NCBI GenBank assembly: GCA_051294375.1
Contig: JBJCIZ010000028.1
Coordinates: 930,437-994,436 of the forward strand
Origin: Paraspadella gotoi
Lineage: Eukaryota > Animalia > Chaetognatha
Reading direction: 5' to 3'
DNA: 64,000 nt
Positions 22,601 through 35,294 of the stretch are shown piece after piece. Numbering within the stretch: the stretch's first letter is position 1; each line of letters starts with the position of its first letter. The position numbers and the translations under genes are program-made. Below the pieces are notes generated by a model. The model searched no databases. It saw nothing but the letters and a program-made list of their open reading frames with translations, and was not told the DNA's origin.

Positions 22601-25600
22601 CTGACGAGTCTTGGCAATATATTAGCATATTGGTCATAAAAAAATGTGGCAATAATGTGACAAAAACAGTAGCGAATGTAAATCTTAAAAACACATTTTC
22701 CAACGAGCGACGTTCAAAATGTCATTAACGACTGAAAATACAAATGATAAAAATTTGGAAAAAAGTAGATTTAATAATTGCCCCGTCTCAAAAAACTGCG
22801 CCGAGATAGAGAAAAATATGACCAACAAAGACAATTCTCTTTGCAATTCTCTTTCACACACTCCTCTCTCTCTCTCTCTCTACATTCTAAGACTTATTTT
22901 TTCAGCCTGATTTTCTATTGTCAATTTATGATTCATGAATATTAAGGAATAAATGAGTGTTTTAATTAATTGCATACATGATTCTTGGACTGATTGATTT
23001 AGTGATTGATTTATCTTTCAATAGATTGATTATTGTTATTGAGTGATTGATCCATCTATCAATTGATCAAATGATTGACTATTGGTTCTTTTACTGATTG
23101 ATTGATAGTTTATACAAATGATGGTTTTTTGCGTTTTTTTTTTATTTTTTTTTTCTTCATTTCTTTTTTTTCTTCATTTTTTATTCATTCATTTCATTTG
23201 AAAGAGAGAGAGAGAGAAAGAGGGAGGGGAGAGAAAAGAGAACATGAAAGAAGGTAAATGAGATACTCTGGTTAATCCTAAAAACTTGTCTCGAGATAGT
23301 CTGGTTAAACTCATTATTAGCTTGGACAGGGAAATACTTGGCCAGGTGACATGGGGTAGTCACTGTAGGATACAATGCCCTGAGCGCTAGCTTTTTGGGA
23401 GATGATTGTACTTCATCCAGATGTTCTAATTACATACAACCAGTTTGCCGGAGAGGCCCAATATAAAATTAGCATTCATATTCATCTAAATGTTCTAATT
23501 ACTTTTTTTTTTTTCTGAAAAGAAAACAGCAAACAAATAATTGGCGGGAATGGTTGCAAAAATATCTTATGTTAACAATAAACTAAACAAAAAAGGAAAA
23601 TAAAAAAGAAAAAAGAGATCAGGGGACAAAGTCAAGCAACTCCATCCACATGGAGACGGCAACTCAATCACGGGACTTACGGGAAGCAAGCAGGTCCCAT
23701 TCTCGCACTGAAGTAACAAAAATCTCTTCCAAAAAAGTGCTTAGACGTTTTGCCGATATCTAAGCCTGCATTCTTCTTTTGATTTGGCAAAGTCTTTTTT
23801 AGGTTTGGAGGAAAGCATCCAGGACCATGCCCCAAGGTAGTGACCAAAGGGATAAGCCACGTCGGCGGCAGTTTGCCTTCATACTTAGATGTTTGGCCAG
23901 ACGAAGCTCGTTCCAGGGCATATGTGGGGTTGAGGATGGTATTGATAACTTACAACCAGTTGTCATTTTAAAATATAGCGTTCATACAAGGATATCTTCT
24001 GCCCTCGCTCTCTCAACAATCGTAACTTTAACCTTTTACATTATTCATCTATTTTTTAAAATCGATTTTTTTTTCCAAAATTTACTTTCTTCTTTAAAGA
24101 TGAATAGTAAAGTTTTTCGATTGATCTGAAACTTAAAGACTGTTAATTTGAATGGAAAATATTACCTATTTTAAATATTAATGAGATATTTTGATGCGTA
24201 CAGTTTTTATTGGGGTTTGAAAAAAGGTATTTTTTTCTCTTTTGACAATTTCAAAATGCCATATCTCGGCCTTGGATGATCTAATTTACAAAATATTTAT
24301 ATATTTAGAATCCTTGTCTTAATCTCTTTTTATAATAATAAAAAATTTAAATTTGATAAAGTATTAATAAATACCTTTTTAAATTAACATCTTAAAAATA
24401 ATATCAATTGAAAATAAATGTAAAAATTCTCCAAAACAAGCTTAAGTTAAAGCCTTATACAATGTAATTGTTAAGCACTTAAAACAATAAAAATACTTAC
24501 CTAGTAAGGAGAAATTTAGTAAAGTAGAAAAAATCCTAAATATGCAAATGAGATTATGCTTATTTTAATTTAAATTTTTTAGACACCAGCAGATAAAGTA
24601 TGGGCTTTTGCTATTTTTATGGTTAAAAAATCAATCCAGTTCTCTGCATATTTTAGGTATAAATGACAATTGAATTTTTGTTATTAAAATTTTGACCTGT
24701 GACAAAATTTTTTTTTGAGATGACCGAAATCATATATGTTGTAGATACCGAAGGCCCATCTAAGACTATAATATAAAATCATTAATATTCACTAATATAA
24801 TAGTATGACTGATTAAATAAAATGACACATCTAAAATATTTCCCTTAGTAATGCTATAAAACTGTTCAAATTTTATTCATATTCTGACAAAATCTCAAAC
24901 TTTTGAATATTATGTAAAATTTAAAATGTACTACATAAAATGATCAAGTTATGCAACTTTAAAATTTTTTTTTTTGGCCTATTTTTAGTGTTTAGAATTG
25001 TCCGATTTAATTTATAAACCCAATGGGCAATAGACCACGTTTAGACTATTTTATGTTAAATATCAGCTCATTGGACGCAAAAATATAAGAATTATTTGAT
25101 CCTGGAAAAAGGACAATCTACGCTTCGGGTACTATAGGAAAATTAATGAGTTGAGAAGGGCTCGGAAAAGATTTATGAGGATTGGGAGGAAAAAGAAGGG
25201 TGGGAGGGAAGATCCATGAAATGAAGATTTGGCGGAAGATTTGGGGGGGCAAAACTGATAAGTGAGTTGAAAAAGAGGGGTGGGGGAAGATTTATGGGAT
25301 GAGGAGGATGATTTTGCTGAGGAAAGCTTAATAGTGAAGTTGCAAAGGGGTGGGATAAGGAGGATGATCAGGGGAGAAAGGATTTGGGTATTGTAATATT
25401 TCCGACTCGGCGACGACCTCCCAATCCTCCCCAGATCGCGAGCCTTACCCTTCCGGTGTGGCCCCCATCGATCCCGCCGTCAACGCCTTCAAGACTCGAC
25501 TCGACGATGTCGACGTCCGCATCTACGATCCCATCGATCGAAAGGAGAAGGGGCCGCTCTTCATCTACCTTCACGGAGGCGGGTGGGCCAAGGGCAGCAT

Positions 25601-27749
25601 CGATCAATACGATCTCACGGGTGAGGAAATAACCAGCTCCCACCGCTTCAATAATGATAACAATCTCGACGTTGGCTATCTTGAACCTATCTATAAAATT
25701 ATCAGAAAAACGACAATGCTTAACTTCAAATATGCGAATCGAATTTAAAGAGCCTAAATATATCTCAACAGTGTACCGACTCTCGAAATCCCTGCCCTCC
25801 TTTCTCTTCGTCTCCGTCGACTACCGCCTCGCGCCGGAGCACCTCTACCCCGCGGGTCTCGACGACGTGAGCTCCGTCTACAAGTTCCTCGTCGAACACG
25901 CCGCCAGCTACTTGATCGACGTGGAGAGGATCGTCGTCGGTGGAGACTCCGCTGGAGGTTGATGGGGGAGAGGAGTAGAGCGGATTTCGATTCGTTGGTG
26001 GATGGTAGGGGGATGTGTGTGTGTGTAGATAAGGTGCTTAAAACAGGCTGCGTATTGTAATACTTCTAACAGCCATATAAATAGGGTCGAGCATTTGAGA
26101 ACCAAGCTTGGCAGGTCGCTACGACTCCCTCAAAACTGTCGTCGTCACGCTTATCGAAAGGGCTGGAATCGATTCGTCATTAAACCGTTGGCCTTTTGGC
26201 CTCCATGAGACAAAGTGTCTCTAATTGGGGACGAACTTATGGGAAGAGAGTCAGAGGACCGGATTGAGAAGATTGATTTGCTATGTGAGCCAAGCTTCGA
26301 ATAAGTGTTGAATGGAAATGCAGGGGGGGGAACATCTTGTTTTTTTTCCCCGCGGGTTAATCTACGTTACTTTTTTTTTATTTCTGTAAATGGGAGGCTT
26401 TTCAATTATCTCGACAGGAAATTTAGCGGCGGCTTTGTGTCTCAAACTCCGCGACGAAAACGCGCGACGCCGCGCGGACGACGCGCTGCCCGTGCCTAAA
26501 CTGCAGGTAAATAACGTCGAATTAATCTAAAATCAAATCATTGGAAATCCAGTCTAATCAAAACTATCCATATGTAATCAATCAAAAAATCAATTGATTA
26601 AAATCGATAGAAATCAAATCAACTTATCGAGTCAATCGAACTCGATCAAATCAAATCAATGAAAATTAAACATCCAAATCAAATCGAATTGATTATAATT
26701 ATCAAAATCAAATTAATTAAAATCAACCGAATCGAAGAAAAATCAATCCATCCCCGACCTCTAAACCTCTAAACTTCCCATTCAGGTCCTGATTTACCCC
26801 GGCCTCCAATCGGCAGATTTCTCCACGCCCTCCTATTTGTCTTCCTCCGTGATGCTGTCCCGAGAAGTCGTGACCGCGTATTTGGCCAATTATCTCACCG
26901 GGTCGGAGGACGGTTACGAGGGAATCTTGAGGAGGAGGCACGTCTCACCCGAAATGGTAAGAACGGAATCGTTATTAATGTCCCTCGAAATATATAACCG
27001 AATGTCCTTCTTAAAATTTGTTTTTTTTTTAAAGTTGGACGGCCGCAATGATTTAAAAATAAGTTTAGAAGGTCTATGGTTCAAGTTATTTGGTGGAATA
27101 TTACTTAGCCTTACTTTTATTTTATACAAAGTAATTTTCTAAAAAATGTCATTATTAATATTAATTACTGAAAATATAATATTTGATAAGCTGTTGCAAA
27201 TTGTTCCAGAAACCTCGAAAAATCAACGTGAATCATACTTCGAAACGTAGACAAATTATACATATAATATATATATATATATATTATAATTATTTTCTAA
27301 ATTTATACAGCTACATGCAAATAAGATTTGTTAACATGCATTTTTTTCTCTCCTCATCCCAGCGTCGCCTGAGCAAAAAACACCTCAATCCCATCTTGAT
27401 CCCGGAAACTCTCAAGGCCGGCTACGTCCCGGCCGACGACGAAGACGACTACGACCCGGAATTCGCCGCCAAGTTCGAGAGGGCGGTGAAAGACCCTTAC
27501 ATCTCGCCGCTTCTGGCCGAGAGTGTCGAAAACCTCCCCGCCGCTTACCTCATAGCCTGTCAGTACGATCATCTCAGGGACGACGCCATATTTTACGCGC
27601 GGCGCCTCCGCGCAGCAGCAGTACCCGCGGAGCTGCGCGTCTATCGAGGAGCGTGGCACGGGATCATGTACAAGACGAACTTGGTCAAGATGAAAGGCGG
27701 CGAAGTCATTTCCGACGATTTGACGCAATATTTGGCGGAGAACGTTTGA
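19661..27749 (+). CDS. Arylacetamide deacetylase / neutral cholesterol ester hydrolase-like esterase (HSL/GDXG family)
   Basis: Exons 19661-19835, 25435-25620, 25772-25957, 26418-26506, 26786-26956 and 27363-27749 in frame. N-terminal signal anchor, HGGGW, VDYRLAPEH, GDSAGGNL nucleophile, CQYDHLRDD and AWHG triad residues. Confidence 0.92.
19804..20104 (+). repeat. G-rich ~105-bp minisatellite containing copies of the exon-1 donor site; continues degenerately at 25137-25390
   Basis: caagaggatgatttgg...ggaggaaaactgat(a/t)aGTGAGT occurs three times before the inserted element, with further copies after it. Confidence 0.8.
21490..21990. mobile_element. Helentron-associated (HINE/DINE-1-like) non-autonomous element nested in the TIR element
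   Basis: Two ~150-bp internal direct repeats (from ~21530 and ~21685), a (GGAC/AGAC)n microsatellite at 21829-21868 and a short subterminal hairpin gatct...agatc near 21960-21978. Confidence 0.45.
23300..23392 (+). mobile_element. Decayed twister-like SINE relative
   Basis: ggttaaactc (B-box remnant) ... tagc-ttg-GACAG-ggaaa-TA-cttg-GCC-aggtgac...gtcact-G-tagg-atacaatGC-cctg-agc-gcta; the P3-like stem nearly equals that of the 49715 twister. Confidence 0.4.
23640..23960 (-). mobile_element. Possible degenerate retroelement 3' fragment
   Basis: GC-richer island; minus strand gives an interrupted peptide (PHMPWNELRLAKHLSMKANCRRRG...) followed by a T-rich tail; no diagnostic RT motif seen. Confidence 0.2.
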
Positions 27750-28065
27750 AAGAGAGATAGAGAGACAAGACAGATTAAAAACGATATCTTCACTTTCCGA
27801 ATTCTTTGGAGGTTGTGCCTTTTTATATCTTTACCTTTTTTTTCTCAAATTTTCTTACACTGCCACTCAAAATGTGATCGGTTTATTTTACCAAAATTTT
27901 TCTCTTCTGTTCGAACTGGGTTTTTTTGATTATCAATCAAAATCTATAGTTTTTTTTTACACCTTACAGTTGATTCACTAACATTGAATCAATTTACTTC
28001 GAAAAACCCTGTAGACATTCTACAGCGCGTTTTTTCCCCAGGGGAATGATCCACTGGCTCCCACG

Positions 28066-30246
28066 ATGGCGTTGAAATCTAGAACGACGGGGCGAAGCTT
28101 CGCTCGATTCTATCGGCAGGACGCGGCTCTGCAATACGGCGCCGGCGCCGTAGGGCAGCGCTTCGTCGATCTGCGGAGCGACACTGGCGAGTTTGAAAAT
28201 GGGGTTGGGATGGATTTGGGATGAATAAATTATTTACTTATTTGTTTATTTAGATATTTAGATATTGTGGACGCAACAAGTTTCAGAGTAAGAACTCGTT
28301 GCGTCCACAATATATATTTTTTTTTGTTTATTTGTTTATTTATTTATTCGCTTAGTTATTTAGTCGTTTATTTGTTTATTTAAAATTTTGTATTAATGAA
28401 TCTATTTCCTCCCAACAAACCAAACCAAACCTCCTCCTCCAGTGACTCGTCCGTCGGCCTCGATGCGGGCGTCGATGGCGGCGGCGGAAGTCGGCGACGA
28501 CGTCTACGGCGAAGACCCGACGGTGCAGCGGCTGCAGCGGAAAGCCGCAGCCTTCTTCGGCAAAGAGGCCGCGCTCTTCGTCCCGACCGGTGAGTTTTTT
28601 GCGTCGAAGGGGATGATAAGAGCGGGGGTTCCCTTTGTCCCTGAGATTCGATCATGTTTCATTGGCAGAGAGAGAGAGAGAGAAAGAGAGAGTTTGAGTG
28701 TGTGCGTGCATGTGTGTGTGTATATCATTAGCCTGCTTCCATTTCGATTACGATACCGCTGAAGGCACAGTGTAACTGTTAGTAAGTAATTGGTGACAAA
28801 ATTTGGTTTATTTCTCCTCATCTTTCCAAATCTCTTCATCATGTGGCTGTCGCCACTAGCGTCAGTTGATAAGATGGCGTTGACCGGAAACAAGAATTGA
28901 CGTTGGCGTTCGTCAATTGGCAAAATCAGTTTATTTAATTGTTTATCAATAAAAACAATCATTTTATCAGTTATGTTATTTTTGACTTTTATATCTTTTG
29001 TTTTTAATGAATGACGAATGATTAGCCTCTGGTCGTCTGTCCGTTGGTTTTTCATATATTATTGATTAACTAACTTACCAAAAGTTATTAATATTTCATA
29101 CGTATCCGAATTCGAAAGGTAATTTATAGAAATCGATCCGACCACGACATGCAGATAGCATATTACAGAATTTTACAAGAGGAGCGAAGTATGCATCGGA
29201 GTCTCCAACGGCGCCCACGAATCAGGGCGTCAAGCGGACGGCGCCTTCGATGTCCGCACGAATTTTATCCCCGACATTTATTCTTGTATCTTTCAAGTCC
29301 GCCCTTTCCCCTCCAACGTCTCCCACCTCTTTCTCCCTCTTACTTACCTCATGACCTGACCACACCCACTTGGATTTTAAAAACTAAAAGGTACGATGAG
29401 CAACTTGATCGCCGTCATGTCCCACTGTCGCTCGCGGGGCGAAGAGATAATCGTCGGTCACAAGTCTCACCTCTATCTCTACGAACAAGGCGGCGCCGCT
29501 CAGATCGCCGGCGTCCATCCGCGCGCCGTCCGGAACCGCGAGGACGGCACGTTGGATCTGGAGGAAGTGAGAGCTGCCGTCAGGGAAGACGATCCGCACT
29601 ATCCCAGGTTAATTGTATGTTTGGTTAACATTTGTCACCTTTTTTCGTTTCTATCGAAAAACGTTGTCATGGTTACTTCTTTCGTCGTAGTTTTCTATCA
29701 GGTCGGAAATCTGGGGTGAGATGGGAGAGGCACGTTTAATAAGCTTTAATATCACTTGTTACCACGTACCGGATTAATTAATCAATGAGACAATGAAAGA
29801 AATCTCCTTCTGTTTTCTGGCCATCGATCGCTTCGTGATTTTTTTCAATTTTCCTTTCCGTTTTTCTCGGCGCCGGAATCCGGAACTTCCTTGGTTCCGG
29901 CCGTTCAGAGAAAACGGACGGATCAGCTCTCGCGGAAAGAGAAATCCTTTTTAAATTAAGCGACTTCAGGCGGTTCTGATTTCAACACTTGCGATCACGG
30001 CAATATGCAAATTAATTTTTTTTTCGTTTCGAATTTGAATAGATTCCCCTTTGACGATTTAGAAATTTTTTGATATTGTAAGGTAAAAAAACATATCCAA
30101 TAGCATTACTGTGGTTTCCTTGGGGAGTGGGGTCAAACATTGAGTTTTAAATTTTTCTCCGAATAAGACGAGAAGATTGAAGAAAGCTCTCGCGCGTAAG
30201 ATTGATCTCATCGTCATACCTCAACTTTTTCCGGTGAATCGCGTGT

Positions 30247-30298
<52 letters not shown>

Positions 30299-30593
30299 CT
30301 CTTCTCTCTCTTCTCTCCTCTCTCCTCTCTTATCCTCATCTCTCTTCCTCAACGGCCAAGACGCCCATTCGGCCAGATCACCGCCTCCTCTGCTCTGGAG
30401 AACACTCACAACGCCTGCGGCGGCCGCGTCCTCCCACGGCGCTTCTTGGCGAGGCGGCGGCGGTGGCGCGCGAGGCCGGACTACGCGTTCACTTGACGGA
30501 GCAGAGACTCTTCAACGCGTTGGCCGAATACGAGGAGGCACGCTCCGTCGTGGCGAGGCACTTTGACCCATCAGCATCTGCTTGTCAAAGGGT

Positions 30594-30650
<57 letters not shown>

Positions 30651-31718
30651 TTTGTTTGAAAATCGCTTCTCCAGCGTTATTTTTATGCGAGTTTAGAGCA
30701 AGAGCGAGAAAGAGAAAGAGAGATGGAGAAGGAAGGAGAGAAAGAGGGTACGAGAGTAAACAAAAAAATCTAGCAAGCAAGAAAGAAATAAACGATACGA
30801 ATATATCAATTAATCACGTAAGCAATTAACTAGTTTCTTACCTTCATGGCCTTTATTGCTTTATTGCTATCGTTTTATCAAAATCATTTTTTTCCCCCAT
30901 TTGTTATTTGTATCAAATTTTTCAGTTAAAGTTCTTTGTTGAATGTTCAATCGCTAGTTTGTATCCTCTCTTCTCGCCCACCCCTACCCCCCTTCCACCA
31001 CGTCTATCCACCACTCTATCCACCAAGGCCTCGGCGCCCCCGTGGGTTCCCTCCTCATCGAGCGACGCGGATCTCGTCTCCTTCGGCCTTCGACTCCGCA
31101 AGGTCTTGGGCGGCGGAATGCGGCAGGCGGGGGTCGTCGCCGCAGCGGGGGAGATCGCCTTCGACGCCGGACCCGAGAGGCTCGTCGAGGATCATCGAAA
31201 CGCCAAGGTGGGGGAGGGCTTTGGAGGGGGGGTCTTGGCTCGAGGAAGAGTCGATCGGCGACCGCAAATTGTCTTTTCGTTGGGCTTTGTTTTTAATGGG
31301 CATTGGCTCAGGAGGACTCGCCATTAGACCGATCTCCCTCTTCCTCTCCCTCTTGCCGGCAACCCCGCCAAGCCTGATTTCCAATGCTGGCGAGCAAAGC
31401 GAATATTGTTCATTATTCAATTCTAAATTAAAGAAAATTTGCAGCCTCCTTCTGCACAGTGCCTACTTATAGTTTCTGTCGATTCAACCTCCAGATCATC
31501 GCCTCGCCGTCGCTTCTCTCTCTTCCCCTCTCCTCACCATCGATCCTCGATCCGTCGAGTCCAACATCGTCATCTGCAAAGTGAACAAGTCGCTCGTCAC
31601 TCCGGCAGAGATCTCTGCGCGACTCGAAGCCGTCTCGGGACCCGACGAGGTTTCCTTGTTTGCTTTTTTCTGTCGCTGTTTCGCTCTTTCTAATTGCTGT
31701 CTAGATCTCTATTGTCAC

Positions 31719-31789
<71 letters not shown>

Positions 31790-32212
31790 GCTTATCTCTC
31801 TCTGTGAGTGTGTCCCTTTTTCCTCTTCTACTTCTGTTTCTCTTTTCTTTCCTTTCTTTATTTCTCACTCCCACTTTCTTTCTTCCCCTCCCTCTCTCCC
31901 TCACAACAATCCTCACACCCATTGTGGTTCATTTTCAAAATGAGATTCTTCATATCTTTTGATACGTTTTTTCATAGGAGTCTTATTTTACTAAATAATT
32001 CAGCCATAGGGGTTTGATTAATAATTTGAAGTTTTCCAATTAATATTCAAAGATTTCATCTCCAGCTGGCCGTCCTCATCAGCGGTATGTCGGCCACCGA
32101 CGTCCGCTTCGTGACCCACGTGGACGTCTCTCGCGAAGACGTCGCCGCCGCCGCGGAAAAGATTAAACGCGTCGTCCGCCAGCTGGAGAAAGAGAAGAAG
32201 GTCGGGGGATGA
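28066..32212 (+). CDS. Low-specificity L-threonine aldolase (PLP-dependent, THA1/GLY1 family)
   Basis: Exons 28066-28186, 28443-28589, 29391-29607, ~30378-30591, 31028-31207, ~31495-31649, 32065-32212. Motifs [50 protein letters not shown] (PLP lysine), [14 protein letters not shown]. Local indels are corrected by the other copies. Confidence 0.93.
28262..28313. repeat. Intronic 52-nt hairpin
   Basis: atattgtggacgcaac (28262-28277) is the exact reverse complement of 28298-28313; the stem extends to ~21 bp with one mismatch. Confidence 0.85.
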
Positions 32213-32697
32213 AATTATTGGATCTATTTGGACCCATATGGACCCTTTTGGACCCTTTTCTCGCGCGAGCCTTTAATTCCCCGATTACGTTGTGTCAGCA
32301 AAGGAAGAAGAGGTCGTCTTAACAATCCTCTTTTACAAAATCTTGGCTAATTACTTTCGTACGTTTTTTTACTCGTTGATTTTTAAATTATTACTTGGCT
32401 TATGAATGTTTTAATCATTGCTTAATTTAAAAAAAAAGATTTTCTCACAAATTACAACGATATTTTTTATCGTTATATCTCTTGCGAGGTATCAAGTTAT
32501 CAGTTGTTAAATACTCTGTCGTAATTCATTGTGATTTTGTTTTCAGACTCTCTCCCTCTCTCCCATTCATGGTTAAGCGATATTTCGAAAAAAAAAGGAA
32601 AAACAATTCCCCCTAACATACAATATTTAAAAAAAAACAAAAAAAACAACAGTTTTAAATTAATGATCGAGCGTCGACTTTAAAAAAAAAAAGAAGG

Positions 32698-35042
32698 ATG
32701 AAGATCTTCTGTCACCCTTCTTCTCCGAATTCTTTGAAACTGGTGATCGCCCGCGAGATCGGCGCCGTATCTCGCGCCGCGCCGGAGGTGGCGCTCGAGT
32801 CGGTTCACCCGGCGTCGCGCATCGTGCCTTACCTCAGAGAACCCCGGCTGCCGATTTAGAACTCGACGATGGGCAGGTGAGGTTATGTTAAAATGTTAAA
32901 TGAATGAAGTGGTTGCACTCTTTGTATTTTAACTGAATCAAATAATTTCAAGGCTGATAAAATGTGAAAATAATTTATAACCGGGAAATTTGGTTTCACG
33001 GACTAAGTTTTAAAATCGTATCTAATTTTTTAAAAGTTTTGACTCTTTGTCAATAAATACTTTAAATCGCGATTAAAAATGTTAATAATTTTTTCGATCA
33101 TTGAAAAAAAAAAAAAGAAAACTTTAAGGCGGACCAAAGCTCAGTTTCGCAACTTACAAATTGAATTCTGGAATCACTTTTTTCCTGCCCCTCCAGTTTC
33201 TCTTCTGCGAGAACGCGGCCTGCGCCTACTTGTTCCGGAAGTCGGGCGAGGCGCCGCTTGACAGAGAGGCCGAGGCTCAACTGGACTTTTGGTTGGAGTG
33301 GGAGGCAAACGACGTTGAGGAAAAGCTTGGACGATGGTGAGGGTTGTTGAGATATACTTTTAAAAATAATGTTTCTCTCTCTCTCTCCTCTTTCGGTTTT
33401 ATTCTTAGTCAGTAGTCACCCCCTTCCCCGATTCAAGGATGTCTTCACCCCCCCCTCCCCCCATATTTAATCCCCCCTCCCCCCATAATTAATCCCCCCC
33501 CCACTTTCCAGCCGCCACACTCCCCGCCCTCCTAACCCGGCTGGACTCTGCTCTCTCCTCCACCCACCTCGTCCCTTCCTCCGGCCTCACCGCCGCCGAC
33601 GTCGTCATTTGGGTCACTCTACTTCCGGTTCTCGGCGCCGCCGGAGACGATTCCGCCGCCGGACGCCGCTTGGAAAATCTCGATCGGTGGTTTCGAAGGC
33701 TGGAAGCTCAACCCGCGTTTCGGGTGAGGCTGGGAAAGAAGATAGAGAGAGAGAGATTTGCGACCAACTAACATCTCATTTGCATATTGTAGTAATTTGA
33801 TTAAATTCAAATTATATAAGTCTTTTGAAAATGTTAATTTAGGATGAATGTTACTATATAAAGAGTTTTATTTGTTAGGTGGTTTTTATGCGTATTTGGC
33901 TTTTCTTGCATTAGTAATCGAAATATATTTTAAAAACCTTTTAGCGTTTGATTTTAGTTATTTAAATAAATAAACGATATCGAAACTATGCGCATTGATA
34001 AGAGTTATTTTATTGTGTCAAGCAATTGATGTAATACATAGTTGTTCCTTGTTATTTCTTATTAATAATTTCCATCAGCAATCAATGTTAATTTCAATAA
34101 TGACATCAATATAATAATCTCATCAGATCGCGATTGATAAGTTATCGTCGGCGCCTCGACCTTCCCGACCGTACAACGTCCTCGAGGGAAGTTTGAGGAG
34201 GATCGAGAGAAGACGACGACAAAAACGACGACGAAGACGACTGCAACTGGCGGTAGGGTCGCTCCACGACGGCGGAAGTCGTTTTAATTTCATTTCGTTG
34301 TCGTTTCGCTTTCAGGCCAAAAAGTCAACTCTAACGAAAACCACGACCCTAGAGCGGCGGAGGAAGCCAAGTTCGAACTGACACCAGTGACCCCCGGTAA
34401 CTAACTTTCGAATACAAAGATTAAACATTGAACGAACGTTTAAAAAGAATTCCCAAACCCCTTTCGAAAGAGCGCGCGGATTCGGTGTTGGCCTCGTGGC
34501 AACCGACCTGCAGTCACCCCGATCCTCCGGCACCGACGCCGTTGAAGACTCGCGTCCACCCGATCCTGCCGGAGAAGGGAAAGAGGAACATTCTCATCAC
34601 GTCCGCTTTGCCTTACGTCAACAACGTGCCTCACTTGGGGAACATTATCGGTAAGTTGGGGGGGGAGATGGAAATGAGGATTGGGGAGAGAAGGGGGGAG
34701 GAGTTCGGGGAATTTGAAAAAAGATTGGAGATCGTTAAAAGTTTGTCACGATGGCTGCGGTTACGTAAAATCCTTTGATCTCATTTGCATATCGACGCGT
34801 TTGCAAGTTTTTTTTTTATACAAATTTATACAAATTTTGTTTTGGAGAAGCGATTGTTTTTGTATTTTTGTTAAATCATGAAAATAACTTCGAAACCCAA
34901 GTAACCTAAATCATAGCCTTTGACGAACTTTGGGGGAAACATTTCGGTATATGTCGTTCAGTCTTTGTCTTCTCGCCTCATATCTTAGCAATAGTCGGAA
35001 TGCCCTATGTTGCAGTATCGGGAGTATATGAAATTGTCTCAA
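32698..35042 (+). other. Truncated redundant copy of the 5' part of methionyl-tRNA synthetase, ending at a 25-N gap
   Basis: Near-identical to 43075-45536; contains [18 protein letters not shown]. Confidence 0.8.
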
Positions 35043-35221
35043 NNNNNNNNNNNNNNNNNNNNNNNNNCGGCGTTCTTGGCGGAGGCGGCGGCGGTGGCGC
35101 GCGAGGCCGGACTACGCGTTCACTTGGACGGAGCGAGACTCTTCAACGCGTTGGCCGAATACGAGGAGGACGCTCCGTCGGTGGCGAGGCACTTTGACTC
35201 GATCAGCATCTGCTTGTCAAA

Positions 35222-35294
<73 letters not shown>

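Larger units (their letters stand above)
20107..25134. mobile_element. Non-autonomous DNA transposon with ~1.08-kb terminal inverted repeats and TA target duplication (Tc1/mariner-like ends)
   Basis: 20107-~21190 is the reverse complement of ~24045-25134. Ends read TA|CGGTACGCGAAGCG and CGCTTCGGGTACTA|TA. No transposase ORF is visible inside. Confidence 0.85.

Noticed and set aside
26050-26300. ATAAATAG after a short stem, resembling a pistol ribozyme
   Set aside because: No pseudoknot partner or downstream conserved elements; probably an unclassified TE remnant
34090-34130. Minus-strand CTGATGA...GAAA (also at 47464 and 54419)
   Set aside because: No G-C-closed helix II and no helix I/III pairing
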